This document shows positions 1 to 10,500 of a DNA stretch of 54,931 nt, one piece after another. The first letter of the stretch is position 1. Each line of letters opens with the position of its first letter. Source of the DNA: a virus (lineage: Duplodnaviria > Heunggongvirae > Uroviricota > Caudoviricetes); IMG/VR virus record IMGVR_UViG_3300010218_000003, positions 66,124 through 121,054 of that record; one strand, given 5' to 3'. The notes under the pieces are model-generated. The model worked only from the letters and a program-made list of their open reading frames with translations, ran no database searches and was not told the DNA's origin. The position numbers were made by a program, and so were the translations under genes.

Positions 1-45
1 AAGAGCTGAGTAGTAATCATGAAGGTGTAGCTCAGTAATGTTCAT
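1..45 (-). CDS. dnaE: 5' fragment of DNA polymerase III alpha subunit (PHP domain start), runs off the window
   Basis: Manual translation MNITELHLHDYYSAL matches the LHLH..YS.L start of DnaE PHP domains; GAAAGG RBS and promoter upstream; replication-gene context. Only 15 codons visible. Confidence 0.7.
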   Translation of the reverse strand, partial: MNITELHLHDYYSAL

Positions 46-71
46 GGTTACCTTTCTTGTTGTGTAGGTCT

Positions 72-100
72 ACACTATCAGCCCTGATCAGAGCTGTCAA
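72..100 (-). promoter_or_regulatory. Housekeeping-sigma promoter for dnaE
   Basis: TTGACA-N17-TAGTGT on the minus strand. Confidence 0.75.
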
Positions 101-107
101 GCAAGAA

Positions 108-125
108 GGCCCCCTTTCGGGGGCC
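108..125 (-). terminator. Intrinsic terminator after ssb
   Basis: GGCCCCC-GAAA-GGGGGCC followed by TTCTT. Confidence 0.75.
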
Positions 126-138
126 ACTCGCAAATCTG

Positions 139-948
139 TTACCAACCAACCTCAATTGAAGTGGCGGCATCGTCAGCCTTCTGTGTTGCATTTGCAGCAG
201 GCTGAGCATCATCGTCGTCGTTAGCGAAGATTCGCTTCCAGTCGCCAGGACGCTGAGTGTAGAACTGCTCCTGACTGAATACTCGATTCTGGTAATCGGT
301 CTCGTAAGGAATGTTACGAAGAACCTGCGTCTCGATATCGAATAGCTCTAGCTTATCGAAGTCGATTGAATCGAAAGTTGTGTCGTTCTTTGCTTCACGA
401 ATTGAGTACGTTGAGTCAGTACCAGAACCACGACGGGTTAGCTTGTACGTCTTCTCAGTGATGGAACCCTCTTCGTCAGTCTCCTCCATCAGGTCGGCCA
501 CGAATGAAGAGTTGAGACCACGGCTCAGAACATAAACCTCTGGCTCATTGCCGTCACCACGATCAACGAGAACGTTGATGTAGTAGTTACGACGCTGACC
601 GTAACCCTTCTCCTTGCTTCCCTGCTTTGCGTTGCGAGACTTCTCACATGCCCAGCAACGATTGCCACTGTCAGTTTCAATCGTGCAGTTGGCACGGAAC
701 TTGAAATTCTCATCTAGACCCTGGTGCTCTACTGCACCAACGCCAACACCCTTGTTGGGATCGTAATTCCTAGCTTCGGTATCCATCTCCTGTAGGAAAC
801 GAATCTTTACTGACTCGTCAACTCCAAGACGGAGATACTTAGGCTTTGGGCGATCTGCATTCTTTGCTCGCTCCTCGCGCTCAGCCGCCTGTTCGGCCAT
901 CTTCTTCTTGTAAGCGCGGATTGCATCGAGACCCTTTAGTTCTGACAT
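139..948 (-). CDS. Single-stranded DNA-binding protein (gp32-like)
   Basis: 269 aa, Cys-containing core (C..CEK), acidic C-terminal tail, located between primase and polymerase. Confidence 0.6.
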   Translation of the reverse strand: MSELKGLDAIRAYKKKMAEQAAEREERAKNADRPKPKYLRLGVDESVKIRFLQEMDTEARNYDPNKGVGVGAVEHQGLDENFKFRANCTIETDSGNRCWACEKSRNAKQGSKEKGYGQRRNYYINVLVDRGDGNEPEVYVLSRGLNSSFVADLMEETDEEGSITEKTYKLTRRGSGTDSTYSIREAKNDTTFDSIDFDKLELFDIETQVLRNIPYETDYQNRVFSQEQFYTQRPGDWKRIFANDDDDAQPAANATQKADDAATSIEVGW

Positions 949-1006
949 TATCTTTTTTTAGCTCCTAGTTTAGTTTATTGAGGCTTCTAACGAACCTACT
1001 ATAAAG

Positions 1007-1035
1007 AGTATAGCAGAGGCTGCTGATCAGGTCAA
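1007..1035 (-). promoter_or_regulatory. Promoter for ssb
   Basis: TTGACC-N17-TATACT. Confidence 0.7.
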
Positions 1036-2085
1036 TCTCCACTGCTGATACTCAAAATTGGATACGCTATTCTTGATGCAATGAACAATCTCATCGTCCG
1101 TCATATCGCCCGCGTCCTTAGCTCCATGAGGATACACAAGCTTGTAGTCTGTTGCAGCCCACCGAATTCGCTTTCCACGAACACGACTGGCAATTAGATT
1201 TCCAAGCTCACGACCAGGATTATGACCCTGGCAGTCATTAGGGTCTTCGCACTTTCGGCAATTCTTCTGAATGTACTTTGACTTATCATCAAAGTCAGTC
1301 ATGATTACGATACCTGAGAAGTACCGCTCAAGCAAGTCGATGTGTAGATTACTGAGGTTTCCACCTAGCAATGCTACTACATTTGGATAACCAGCTTGAT
1401 GAATCTTCATGGCATCAAAGCTAGCTTCACAGATGATCACTGTGTCACCGGCCTTTTTTGCTCTGTGCAAATTCCACATTGTCCTGCTAACAGGAAGGGC
1501 CGTGGAATTCTTAAAACGCTTAGACTCAAGTGCACGACCGATTAGACCGATGTAATTGCCCTCGGGGTCATGCATCGGAACTGTGATCATGTCGTTTCGT
1601 GCAGAGTATCCAATGTAGAATTCACGAAGAACATCTTCATCGAATCCTCGCTCCTCGACCATATATCGAACTGCATCTGGATAATCCCAGAATGATTCGT
1701 ACATTCGGTCGAAGGGCGCAGCGGGCATGATATCGAAATCAACACGCTGCTTCTTGATCTTCTCAATCTTCTGCTGAGCTGTCAACTTAGCCCCAGTCTT
1801 CCTCTTGAGAATGAAGCGCATGGCTTCGAACTCCTTGAGAGGAAAAGCTGACTTTCTTTTGACTAGCTCGACTAGATTACCACGCTCAGAACACATGGCA
1901 TTGAAGCACAGGAAGACTCCTGTAGCCTTTGAAACTGAAAAGCTTGGAGTCTCTGTGTTGTTGTGAAAAGGACAAAAGCAAATGAAGTCTCTACTCGTCT
2001 CGGAGTCGATCTCAAGACCAAGGTCATTCAAGACCGCTTCGATTTGTTCTTCTGAGTAGACATTGGTATTGCCTGTCCATTGCAT
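1027..2085 (-). CDS. dnaG: DNA primase (CHC2 zinc finger + TOPRIM)
   Basis: CPFH...C..C zinc finger; ICEASFD and DFDD TOPRIM motifs; start ATG 2085 preferred to TTG 2103. Confidence 0.9.
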   Translation of the reverse strand: MQWTGNTNVYSEEQIEAVLNDLGLEIDSETSRDFICFCPFHNNTETPSFSVSKATGVFLCFNAMCSERGNLVELVKRKSAFPLKEFEAMRFILKRKTGAKLTAQQKIEKIKKQRVDFDIMPAAPFDRMYESFWDYPDAVRYMVEERGFDEDVLREFYIGYSARNDMITVPMHDPEGNYIGLIGRALESKRFKNSTALPVSRTMWNLHRAKKAGDTVIICEASFDAMKIHQAGYPNVVALLGGNLSNLHIDLLERYFSGIVIMTDFDDKSKYIQKNCRKCEDPNDCQGHNPGRELGNLIASRVRGKRIRWAATDYKLVYPHGAKDAGDMTDDEIVHCIKNSVSNFEYQQWRLT

Positions 2086-2333
2086 ATCCCTGAGATCTCC
2101 CAAGCCTTTCGCCTCCCTAGAAATATCCCGTATGCTGTGATCAGAAAGTTATATGATCCGTCTTCTCTATATTCAGTTGAAAAGTAAGGCCCCAAATCAA
2201 GCAATGGAGCCCATCCACGATCGCGCATTTCAGTCAGCAGCATGTCTTCAAATTGTGCTCTCAGCCGTGGAAAATCGGAATCATCTCTGATGATCCCCTC
2301 CACCTGAAACCTTTTGACATGACTATGCATCAT
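2028..2333 (-). CDS. Hypothetical protein
   Basis: 101-aa ORF packed between helicase and primase. Confidence 0.7.
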   Translation of the reverse strand: MMHSHVKRFQVEGIIRDDSDFPRLRAQFEDMLLTEMRDRGWAPLLDLGPYFSTEYREDGSYNFLITAYGIFLGRRKAWEISGICNGQAIPMSTQKNKSKRS

Positions 2334-3554
2334 TTACACGCCGTAACTTTCCTTCCAGATACCCCTGTCAAGATCAGCCTCAAGGTAGAACCCGAAGTCT
2401 GAACCATGACGGTTCTTTCTGGAAACAACTTCAATCAGGCCGCTGTCGTTATCACGGTGAACCGCGAAGGCCATGTCAGCATCATACTCGATCTGCTTGG
2501 ACCATGCAACCTGGCTCAACATAGGCGGATTGTCCTGCCCAGAGATGCCATCGTTGTTAGTAGCAGCAGTGATGTCAATCACAGGAATGTTGTTCGTCAT
2601 GGCTAGACGCTTCATTTCCTTGGAAAGCATCATGTTTCGCTGAGTAGGATTAGCTGACTTTGCATTGTCGGTAAAGAGCTGGTGATAGTCACAGATCACA
2701 ATGTCTGGCCTGTGCTGCTCAATCTTGCCCTGTACGACGTTAGGAGTTACATCACCAATTCCCTCGTTAGAGACAATGGTGAATGCTGGGGTGTCGGTTA
2801 GCTTCTTCTTTCCCCACTCGCGGAAGTTATCAATGTTGATCTGACCACGAGCGAAGTCAGTAGCTGAGAATAGACCAGACGCCATCATTGTGTAGAGTCG
2901 GTCACGCATATTCTCAGGACTCATCTCAAGAGAGACGATCATAGGCTTATAGCCCTGGAGCCATGCCTGAATAGCAAGATATGATGTAAACCACGTCTTA
3001 CCACGTCCTGGCCAACCGATAGCCACGATAAAGTGACCACCAGCCATACCCGTAGGATAGGCTGCATCGATTGCTTTAATGTTCGTCTTGATACCGACTG
3101 CACCCGTTACCGCCGCCTTTTCCTTGACGGTTAGAAGGTGCCTCTCGGCCTGCTCATAGTCAGTGATATCAAGGTCACGAACGTTGTTGGTGAATCGACC
3201 CAGATTGCCTAGCTCTTGCATTAGCTTGTCAAGAACCTGAGCAGGCGCGTACTTGTCGAGCGCTCCCATACCCTTCTGCATGATCTCGTCCATGCGAGAG
3301 TACAGGAATTCTGACTTTAGTTCTTCCAGATAGAAGGCAGGTTCGGCGTCAGCCTGCACTGCCTCTAGCTGCTTGAACTTATCAGTCAGAACTGTGATGT
3401 CCGGGATGGACTTGTACTGCATGTAATACTGACGCATTGAGATCCACACGTCCCGGAAAGGACCGAATAGATCATCAACGTTGTCCGCCATTAGTGGAGC
3501 AATCTGCTTTGTAGTGCAGACTGAATTAATTAGCTTCTCCGCTGTTGTTGGCAC
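2334..3554 (-). CDS. dnaB: DnaB-like replicative helicase
   Basis: Walker A GWPGRGKT, SLEM, ICDY, EYDAD and KNRHG motifs of SF4 helicases. Confidence 0.92.
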   Translation of the reverse strand: MPTTAEKLINSVCTTKQIAPLMADNVDDLFGPFRDVWISMRQYYMQYKSIPDITVLTDKFKQLEAVQADAEPAFYLEELKSEFLYSRMDEIMQKGMGALDKYAPAQVLDKLMQELGNLGRFTNNVRDLDITDYEQAERHLLTVKEKAAVTGAVGIKTNIKAIDAAYPTGMAGGHFIVAIGWPGRGKTWFTSYLAIQAWLQGYKPMIVSLEMSPENMRDRLYTMMASGLFSATDFARGQINIDNFREWGKKKLTDTPAFTIVSNEGIGDVTPNVVQGKIEQHRPDIVICDYHQLFTDNAKSANPTQRNMMLSKEMKRLAMTNNIPVIDITAATNNDGISGQDNPPMLSQVAWSKQIEYDADMAFAVHRDNDSGLIEVVSRKNRHGSDFGFYLEADLDRGIWKESYGV

Positions 3555-3873
3555 GTTCCTCCATCCTTCGAACTCGCTCGGCTGTCTCAGCCATGATCTG
3601 CTTGCGCTTCTCTACGTCCTTAATCAAATCCAGACGCATCTTGTTAAGTTCCATATACCTGTTGAAGAAGGTGTCTACACTATGTCCATTTGCATCGCAA
3701 GTGAAGTAGTATTCAAGGACTTCCCTCAGCACCGGGTATTTTAGGTCGTTCATCGCTGTCATAAAACCCCACTGAGCTGAATAGGAGTTTACGGATGATT
3801 CAATCCCGTAGCGCTCCTTATACAGCTTCTTGTAAAGTGAAATGAGAGCGTGTGCTTGCTGTCTCTGATTCAC
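3526..3873 (-). CDS. Hypothetical protein (possible helicase loader)
   Basis: 115-aa ORF overlapping dnaB start; function inferred from position only. Confidence 0.6.
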   Translation of the reverse strand: MNQRQQAHALISLYKKLYKERYGIESSVNSYSAQWGFMTAMNDLKYPVLREVLEYYFTCDANGHSVDTFFNRYMELNKMRLDLIKDVEKRKQIMAETAERVRRMEERANNSGEAN

Positions 3874-4070
3874 CTGTCCTCCAGAGCATCAACAATCTTC
3901 GTCAGTCTTTCGAAGAAGCTTCCTAGAACATCGTCTGAAACTCGCTTAAGACCTTCTTCCACCGTTTCGCCTGGTAGAAGCTCAGTCTCAGCTCCAGCAG
4001 TGATGTCTACGTTCTGGAAGTTTCCGAGATTGTGCTTATACGTGATACCCCAGTTTACCTTTTCACTCAT
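3870..4070 (-). CDS. Hypothetical protein
   Basis: Start MSEKV at ATG 4070 with upstream GAGGA; overlaps both neighbours. Confidence 0.65.
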   Translation of the reverse strand: MSEKVNWGITYKHNLGNFQNVDITAGAETELLPGETVEEGLKRVSDDVLGSFFERLTKIVDALEDR

Positions 4071-4347
4071 TGTATTCTTCGTCCTCCTCCCCGATCTCGC
4101 TCGTTGTTGAGAAACCAAATGGACGGCGTTCGCCTTCTAGCACGTCATCGCCGTCCTCGTCATCATCGTACACTAGTCGCCCGCTGATATCAACCCACAT
4201 GGCAGCGACCTTGAGCAGTGCATCTGAGTCTCTAGACTCTACCGCAAACGCAGCCGCTACGTCAAGAGCGTTAGCAGCTTGGATGATCGCTACACCGGGA
4301 TTTACTCGGTCACCAAAAGGTGTGTACTTGGCCTTAGTAGTTGCCAT
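4063..4347 (-). CDS. Hypothetical protein, acidic C-terminus
   Basis: 94-aa ORF in operon. Confidence 0.7.
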   Translation of the reverse strand: MATTKAKYTPFGDRVNPGVAIIQAANALDVAAAFAVESRDSDALLKVAAMWVDISGRLVYDDDEDGDDVLEGERRPFGFSTTSEIGEEDEEYNE

Positions 4348-4350
4348 TGC

Positions 4351-4872
4351 TTACCAATCTTTTGCCTGCCACACTGGTGTAAATCCACCATCACGGGTCT
4401 TTGTGTATAGAACCACCTCATTGCGCATCATTGCTATCAATTCTGCCTTTGACGGTAGGTTCGTTCTCACTGGCTGACCATCATTTCTTGGCCTGCCGGG
4501 TCCATGATTCAACATCATATCATGAAGATCAAGGATGTCCTGCTCAGTCCACAAGTATAGACCAGCCTTGCCCTGTCCGTCAAGAGAGTAGGTTAGGTAT
4601 GGTCGCTTGATCAATCCATTTCTAATGTAACTGATCATAGACTCTCTTGTCCTGCCGACCATTTCTTCCACCTGCTTAGTGAAGAATGCCTTTTCCATAT
4701 TCTTTCTTGCGACGGATAGCACATAGGCTACTCGCTTCTTCTCTGGATAATTCCATGCAATGAGAATGTCAGCCGCATGATTGACTTGGAGTTTCTTATG
4801 AGCTTGACCATCGAGAAAGAAATACAGGCTAGGGTTCTTTTGTCCCCTTCTGCTGCCTGGCTTATCTCCCAA
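4351..4872 (-). CDS. MerR-like helix-turn-helix DNA-binding protein
   Basis: FFTKQVEEMVGRTRESMISYIRNGLI resembles a MerR wHTH; TTG start at 4872 follows GGAGG. Confidence 0.6.
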   Translation of the reverse strand: MGDKPGSRRGQKNPSLYFFLDGQAHKKLQVNHAADILIAWNYPEKKRVAYVLSVARKNMEKAFFTKQVEEMVGRTRESMISYIRNGLIKRPYLTYSLDGQGKAGLYLWTEQDILDLHDMMLNHGPGRPRNDGQPVRTNLPSKAELIAMMRNEVVLYTKTRDGGFTPVWQAKDW

Positions 4873-4887
4873 TGTTTCCTCCAAAGT

Positions 4888-4916
4888 AAAATCCCCTGCG
4901 CATTCCACGCAGGGGA
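4888..4916 (-). terminator. Terminator-like hairpin in the leader of the HTH/replication operon
   Basis: TCCCCTGCG-7nt-CGCAGGGGA followed by TTTT. Confidence 0.6.
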
Positions 4917-4928
4917 AGTGCTATGTAG

Positions 4929-4958
4929 AGTATAGCATCCTTCGCTGTCACCGGGCAA
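4929..4958 (-). promoter_or_regulatory. Promoter upstream of the HTH gene
   Basis: TTGCCC-N18-TATACT with extended -10 TG. Confidence 0.6.
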
Positions 4959-5127
4959 ACTGAGTAGAGTAGTTCTTCTCTCTACTGATCAGCCATGCCG
5001 CAAGCTTATTCTTGGTCTTATCAAGCATCCATCGAGCACCGCATTCAATACATGCTAGCTCTAGGTGATTCTTTTCAGAATACACTCTGTCGATGAATAC
5101 CCTACCACCACACTTAGTATGATTCAA
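4948..5127 (-). CDS. Small zinc-ribbon protein
   Basis: H/C..CGGRV...CIECG; TTG start 5127 overlaps holin end. Confidence 0.65.
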   Translation of the reverse strand: MNHTKCGGRVFIDRVYSEKNHLELACIECGARWMLDKTKNKLAAWLISREKNYSTQFAR

Positions 5128-5365
5128 CGCCTGGTACCTTTTCCTTTGTGTCAACCACAAGGGACGCGCTCTCAGAGCTACCGACACCAGCAGAACCAAC
5201 GGAAGTTAGCAGTGATACGAGGGCAGCTAGACCAGCGGTACCGGCAGCCTGTACCCAGCTTACATCAAACAGAGATGTGCTGACTGCCATAATGGCAACT
5301 GCGGACTGAGCAAAAGTCTTCACCGCACGCTCAAAAGCGTCCTTCCAGAACTTACTTGTCTTCAA
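5114..5365 (-). CDS. Holin (r1t-like family)
   Basis: FWKDAFERAVKTFAQ signature and two hydrophobic helices; GGAGG RBS. Confidence 0.8.
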   Translation of the reverse strand: MKTSKFWKDAFERAVKTFAQSAVAIMAVSTSLFDVSWVQAAGTAGLAALVSLLTSVGSAGVGSSESASLVVDTKEKVPGVESY

Positions 5366-5415
5366 GATTTAACCTCCCTTGCTTTTTCTTTCATTATAGC
5401 ATGGGAGATTTTATG

Positions 5416-6177
5416 TCAACCCCGGAAAATCTTAGTTCCGATCTTACAAGTGTAGTTGATGATGGGAACGAGGTCAATGAAGACTTCGCCTGTTGAGGCT
5501 ACTACTCCATATGCGAATCCTGGCTGCCAGTTCCTTGTACGATCATAGTCCATTTGGGCAACGTCGCACATGTGACCGATCTCAAATCCACGCCGGGTTT
5601 CTCCAGTGAGATCAAAAGTTCTATTGTACACACCCATTCGATGGGAGTGACCACGAACTAGAGAAACACCCCATGCTTCTACGTCATTTCTGACGGATTC
5701 ACCAGCATGCTTTGAAATGCTTTCGCCGTGGTGGACATAAATGTCGCCATAGCGCTTTACAGCCTGATCACCGTAATTGTGCCACGTGAATCCAGACTTG
5801 CTGTATTCGTAAAGAACCTCTGGACTGTACACTCCATCAGTAACAGTATATGGAGCATTCTTGTCCAGCCACTTCACGTGACGATACCAACCATGATTTC
5901 CATCATGGAAATGCTTGTCGGCATTTGGGGCTAGTTCATGAATGTCCGCAAGGAATGAGCGAGTGAGCTGAATACCAGGGTAGTTTAGACTAAAGCCCTC
6001 CTTGGAAGTGCCTTCTACCCACCGGCTGGTTTCCTCAGCATCATCGATGTCACCAGGAAGATCGACCGCTCCAGGCTTGAGGTACTTTAGCACGTCAAAC
6101 CACAGAGACACCATTCGCTGATCATGGTGAGGGAAGTGAATGTCTGATGCGAACAGCCATGTCATATCTTTGGACAT
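5416..6177 (-). CDS. Calcineurin-like metallophosphoesterase
   Basis: SDIH, GDIDD, GNH, HG and GHSH motifs; ATG 6177 with AAGGA RBS. Confidence 0.88.
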   Translation of the reverse strand: MSKDMTWLFASDIHFPHHDQRMVSLWFDVLKYLKPGAVDLPGDIDDAEETSRWVEGTSKEGFSLNYPGIQLTRSFLADIHELAPNADKHFHDGNHGWYRHVKWLDKNAPYTVTDGVYSPEVLYEYSKSGFTWHNYGDQAVKRYGDIYVHHGESISKHAGESVRNDVEAWGVSLVRGHSHRMGVYNRTFDLTGETRRGFEIGHMCDVAQMDYDRTRNWQPGFAYGVVASTGEVFIDLVPIINYTCKIGTKIFRG

Positions 6178-6217
6178 ACTTGTTCCTTTCGTTGTTTTGA
6201 TCAACACTAACAGTTCG

Positions 6218-6502
6218 TCAGCGTCTTGTCAAGGCAAGGTGTTCTGCACGGTTGAGACGGTTGTGCTCCTCCCATGTGCATAGGAACAAGTTCCTCCATG
6301 TGTTATCTGTCTTACAGCCTATGTGATGTACTGTTTCATCAGACTTTAACATCCTCCTGAGCCGGGCCTCAAACACCATTCGATGTTCATAGTACCATCC
6401 TCCATTGAAACTCTTTGGATGCTCTGGTGTCCAAATGAGTACGTACCCATCTTCGGATAGCAATCTCTTTCGATTATGCCAATTTCTGATAGGTACGTAC
6501 AT
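6218..6502 (-). CDS. HNH endonuclease (HNH_3-like)
   Basis: YEHR.V......VHH...K.DN...NL....EH motif. Confidence 0.8.
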   Translation of the reverse strand: MYVPIRNWHNRKRLLSEDGYVLIWTPEHPKSFNGGWYYEHRMVFEARLRRMLKSDETVHHIGCKTDNTWRNLFLCTWEEHNRLNRAEHLALTRR

Positions 6503-6942
6503 CAGTATCCAAGAGCAAGGAAGTGAACGTTGACACCGTAATGGAAATAGTTGCTCTTTGAGCTAAGTTCATCAGAGTCTACCACCGCTGTGAATCCTCG
6601 GTGGTCCGGCCAGTATTCTCCTCGAACACCACGAATGATGCAATGGATTCTGGACTGCTTCTGAATTACCTGACTCGTTACAACAATAGGCTTGCATCCT
6701 ACTGAGAAGAAGTTACCAAAATAGACTTCCTTCTCGTAGTGACGACCCTTTCCACCCTTGATGTATACGTAGCCTCCCATGATCTTCAAACCAGAAGTCT
6801 TCTTGATTCCGTGAGCATTGTAGAATGCGACAGGCTGATTCTCAAAAATGTACTGATCGTTGCTGCACATCTGATTAAGCTTCTCACGGGTAATCTGTTC
6901 GCCTAGACTCCAGCTTGTAGGCTTGTAGGGGGTAGTTGCCAA
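6502..6942 (-). CDS. Hypothetical, possibly virion/tail-associated protein
   Basis: 146 aa; N-terminal W..GE.IT..KLN motif typical of fibre-associated proteins. Confidence 0.55.
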   Translation of the reverse strand: MATTPYKPTSWSLGEQITREKLNQMCSNDQYIFENQPVAFYNAHGIKKTSGLKIMGGYVYIKGGKGRHYEKEVYFGNFFSVGCKPIVVTSQVIQKQSRIHCIIRGVRGEYWPDHRGFTAVVDSDELSSKSNYFHYGVNVHFLALGY

Positions 6943-7349
6943 GTTATCTTCTCTCCTTCCTTATGTAGAGCTATTTCACTAGAAGGAGCTTCAATCATCT
7001 TGTCCTTCGGAAATAGCATGACATCAAAGAAGTCAGGAGAATCGATAAGTCTTCTAAGGTTCTCTGATATCAGATACATTTTACCATTGGACATATCCTT
7101 AACCAAAGTTCCCTGACGGAATCCTAGCTTACCACCGATCTTATGACGAGACAATGCAGCTTCGCTTGACTTCAAGATGTATGGAAATCCCCAGCTATCG
7201 AGAATGCGCATGCTGGTAATGCGATACCTGAACTTGCCCTTGATGTAGAATAGACCATTCTCAGTCTGAACACAAGTACCCGTAGGATAATCTACGGGTA
7301 CTTGTGGGGCAATTTGAGGCTTAGCCTTCCTTCGCCACAGTCTCATCAA
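6903..7349 (-). CDS. Hypothetical protein with two internal repeats
   Basis: GT.V...NG..Y.I....R.I.S...D unit occurs twice. Confidence 0.65.
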   Translation of the reverse strand: MMRLWRRKAKPQIAPQVPVDYPTGTCVQTENGLFYIKGKFRYRITSMRILDSWGFPYILKSSEAALSRHKIGGKLGFRQGTLVKDMSNGKMYLISENLRRLIDSPDFFDVMLFPKDKMIEAPSSEIALHKEGEKITWQLPPTSLQAGV

Positions 7350-7521
7350 GCTTGGCCTTTAGTTCTGTATTCTCCTTGCGGAGCGCTTCTTGCTGATCGT
7401 TCATCTCTTGCACGGCAATGGTGAAGTCAGCTCTAAGGTCCGCGATCTTCTCTTCATACTCAGCAGTAATTTGAGCGATACGTTCCTTAATAGCTAGAAA
7501 CTTAAGTGTTTCCTTATTCAT
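7321..7521 (-). CDS. Small coiled-coil protein
   Basis: Heptad-rich; own promoter TTGACA-N17-TACAGT at 7560-7588. Confidence 0.65.
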   Translation of the reverse strand: MNKETLKFLAIKERIAQITAEYEEKIADLRADFTIAVQEMNDQQEALRKENTELKAKLDETVAKEG

Positions 7522-7595
7522 CAATTTATTATTTTCCTCTTTCTTCTCCAAGTATAATCACTGTAACTCAAGTCAGCCGAGCTGTCAAGTCGAGA

Positions 7596-10500
7596 TCATC
7601 CCTTGTGGTAGAGAGTGATCTTTCCGTATGAAGATCCAGATCCTACACCGTACATTACTGCGTAGTCACCGGTTCCACTTCCATAAACACCGAATCCTTC
7701 AATTCTATTTGCAGCAGTTGCGTCAACAATATTGTTGTACCAGCTTGATGGAATCGTTACTGTTGCTGCCTCTCCTCTTGATAGAAATACAATGTCATCT
7801 CCGTCTGAACCTTCATTGGTCATACCTCCAACAGGGTCACCAGATGGCTTAGTCTGATAGATATGACCTCTAAGGTTAATTCCTACTCCAGTGTTGTTAC
7901 CATGTGCGGTAGACATTCTCTTGAGGTAGATGGTAGCCTTTGTAGGAGTTCTTACTACACCACCAGCATTTAGAGCATCGTAGATCTTTGTTCCGTAGAA
8001 GTAAAGACCTCTGTGATTGTCATTTCCTGTCCAGTCACCCTGGTAAACATCGTCACCGTCGTTTCTCCACATACCACCATATCCAAGACGGTAGGAGTCT
8101 GAGGAGTTAGCAGTAACAGTTACTGGTGAAGCAAGTAGGTATCGTGAAGCAGATACGTACGTAGAGTGGTTTCCGCTTGAGTCATAAGAAACAACTCGGT
8201 AGTAGATCGTCTTATTCACTGGTAGACCTGAGTGGTCGTACTGCTTTGCAGCGCTTGCACCGCCCGTTACGGTAATAATCTTTCCATCTGTGGTCAGAGT
8301 CTTAGTACCGCTTCCTGCAATTGTTACAGTAGGATATCTGTCGCTTCTCCAGATAACCTTGACACCGGCCGTGTCTGATGCTGATGGATTGGTCCAGTTC
8401 AAACGATATGTACCAGTTGTTGTGCTAGAAGTCAAGGCAGTGATCTTGAATCCGGTTGGCGCGCTAGGAGCCGTCGTGTCTCCAGTTGGAGTTGTAGTTG
8501 TTGCATCTGGAGCCGTGCTGAATGAAAGGCCGTCTAGAAGCAAGAATGTTCTTGTCGTGGCAGTACCATCAGTTGCATACCAGAAACAACCACCTGATGT
8601 GTTAATAACAACAACACAAGAAAGGGCTGATGACACATCATTATAACCCACTGTTGGAAGATAAACAGTCTTTGCTGGTCTGAATCCGGAGGGCAAAGTT
8701 GCAAAATACTGGGATGATGTTGCTCCCTTGATAGCAGTTCCCAGCAATCCTCTTAGATATACATTTCCATTGCTAGTCCAGTATGACGGTGTGTAGGCAC
8801 CAGAAACTACTGTGTAACCATTTGTCAAAGTCATGTTCGCCCATGGAGGAGTTCCGTCAACATCGAGGTGTCCGTAAACACGAACATTTCGACTAGTCAT
8901 CATATCTGCGTCATCATCGGCGTAGCTAGACATAACAAATTGTCCATTGGCATTTGTAAGAACCCAACGACCTGGATATACAGCGTCATTCATTCCATAG
9001 AATCTGATTCCATGTTCTTCCGCACCGGCTGGAGAGAAGTTGGTTAGCTGTGTGCTGGCTCGGTTACCATTTGAATCAGTGTAGTTAACCATTCTGACTG
9101 CACCGGTTCCACCTTCGGACTGTAGAATAATTCCTGGGTAGAATGGCGTATCAGGACGACCACCGACTGTTGCTCCCCATACATTATCTGGAAGATCAAG
9201 CTCAGACTTTGAAACGATGATTCCACCATTAGACTTTACGTAGTCAGACTGGAGCATGATTCTGCTTCCTGATGCTGTACGGAAGTCTGTCCTTGTTCCC
9301 ATTTCAAGCTGCACGTCATCGACATATACAATGTCACCAGTTGCACCATTGAACCATGAGAATGAGAATTCAACAGAGTAGCAGGTATCAGGGATAACAA
9401 TTGGTGAGATGAATGAGAAGTTTACCCATGCTGTATTGGTTACTGCCTTTTCAATGAAATATCCTTGAATCATTGCACCGGCCTCGTCCATGAACTTAAC
9501 AACAAGTCGGACGTTTCTGCCCGTGGCAGTACCCATCATTGCATAACCAGTAACTGTTACCTTCTGTCCGATGAGTTCCTGATTAGTAAGAGTTGATACT
9601 GAATACTTACCAAGAAGCTCAGTTGTTGCCGGGCTGGAAATAGTTCCAGTTGCAGTGATCTTTAGTGAATTGGTGTCCTCTCTACCAACAGTTGTCTCTT
9701 GTGTCAGAGCTGTATTTGCCATTCCAGACCATCCAGTGATGCCGTCTTCGAATGTTGCATCGTAGATGTAGTTTGGATTTCTGTCATAAAGACCTACAAA
9801 TACGCTTCCGTAATTTGCATTCTTGTTGATCAGAGGAGGAGCAATTCTCAAATGTGAAGCGTCGTTCCAGTCACCATCCATTACGTGACCGATCATTCCT
9901 GGAAGCTGCTCATCGACCTCTCCAGTGTAGAATCTGATTGCGTGGTCAAAGATTGATCCCTGAATGTTTTCAACAGAGACAGCCTTTTCACCATTTACAT
10001 CGGTGGTTGCAACCTTTGCTGGAGCACCATTTTCATATGCCTCAATTGAGAACTGGTCAAGCTGAGCAATAGATCCAGCAGCAACATCCCATTCCACATA
10101 AGGAACAAGATAACGAACTGCCTGATTAAGTGACGCTGGATCGTATGGGTCATTGTGCTGGCCTTGAGTTCCCAATACGCCAGTCGTTCCAGCTCCACCA
10201 CGACCACGGACATATCCAGTTACAGTAATCCAGTCAGAAGTTGTAGCTGAGCTACCAGTAGCGACCTGCACCTCAGTATTGTTTTGAACAAGCATATACT
10301 GATTCGCAGCATATCCAGAAAGAAGGCTGTAATCAGTAGGCATTGTGTGCTTCTTTGTAGGAGTAGTCGCATCGTCTACATAATCCCAGTCGATGATGTT
10401 GCTGTTGTTGTCGAATCCGAATAGACCCACCTTGATGCGTGGTGGAGTGGTTACAGTTACATCATCAAACCAACCCTGAATTCCTGCCACCGGGCTTCCT

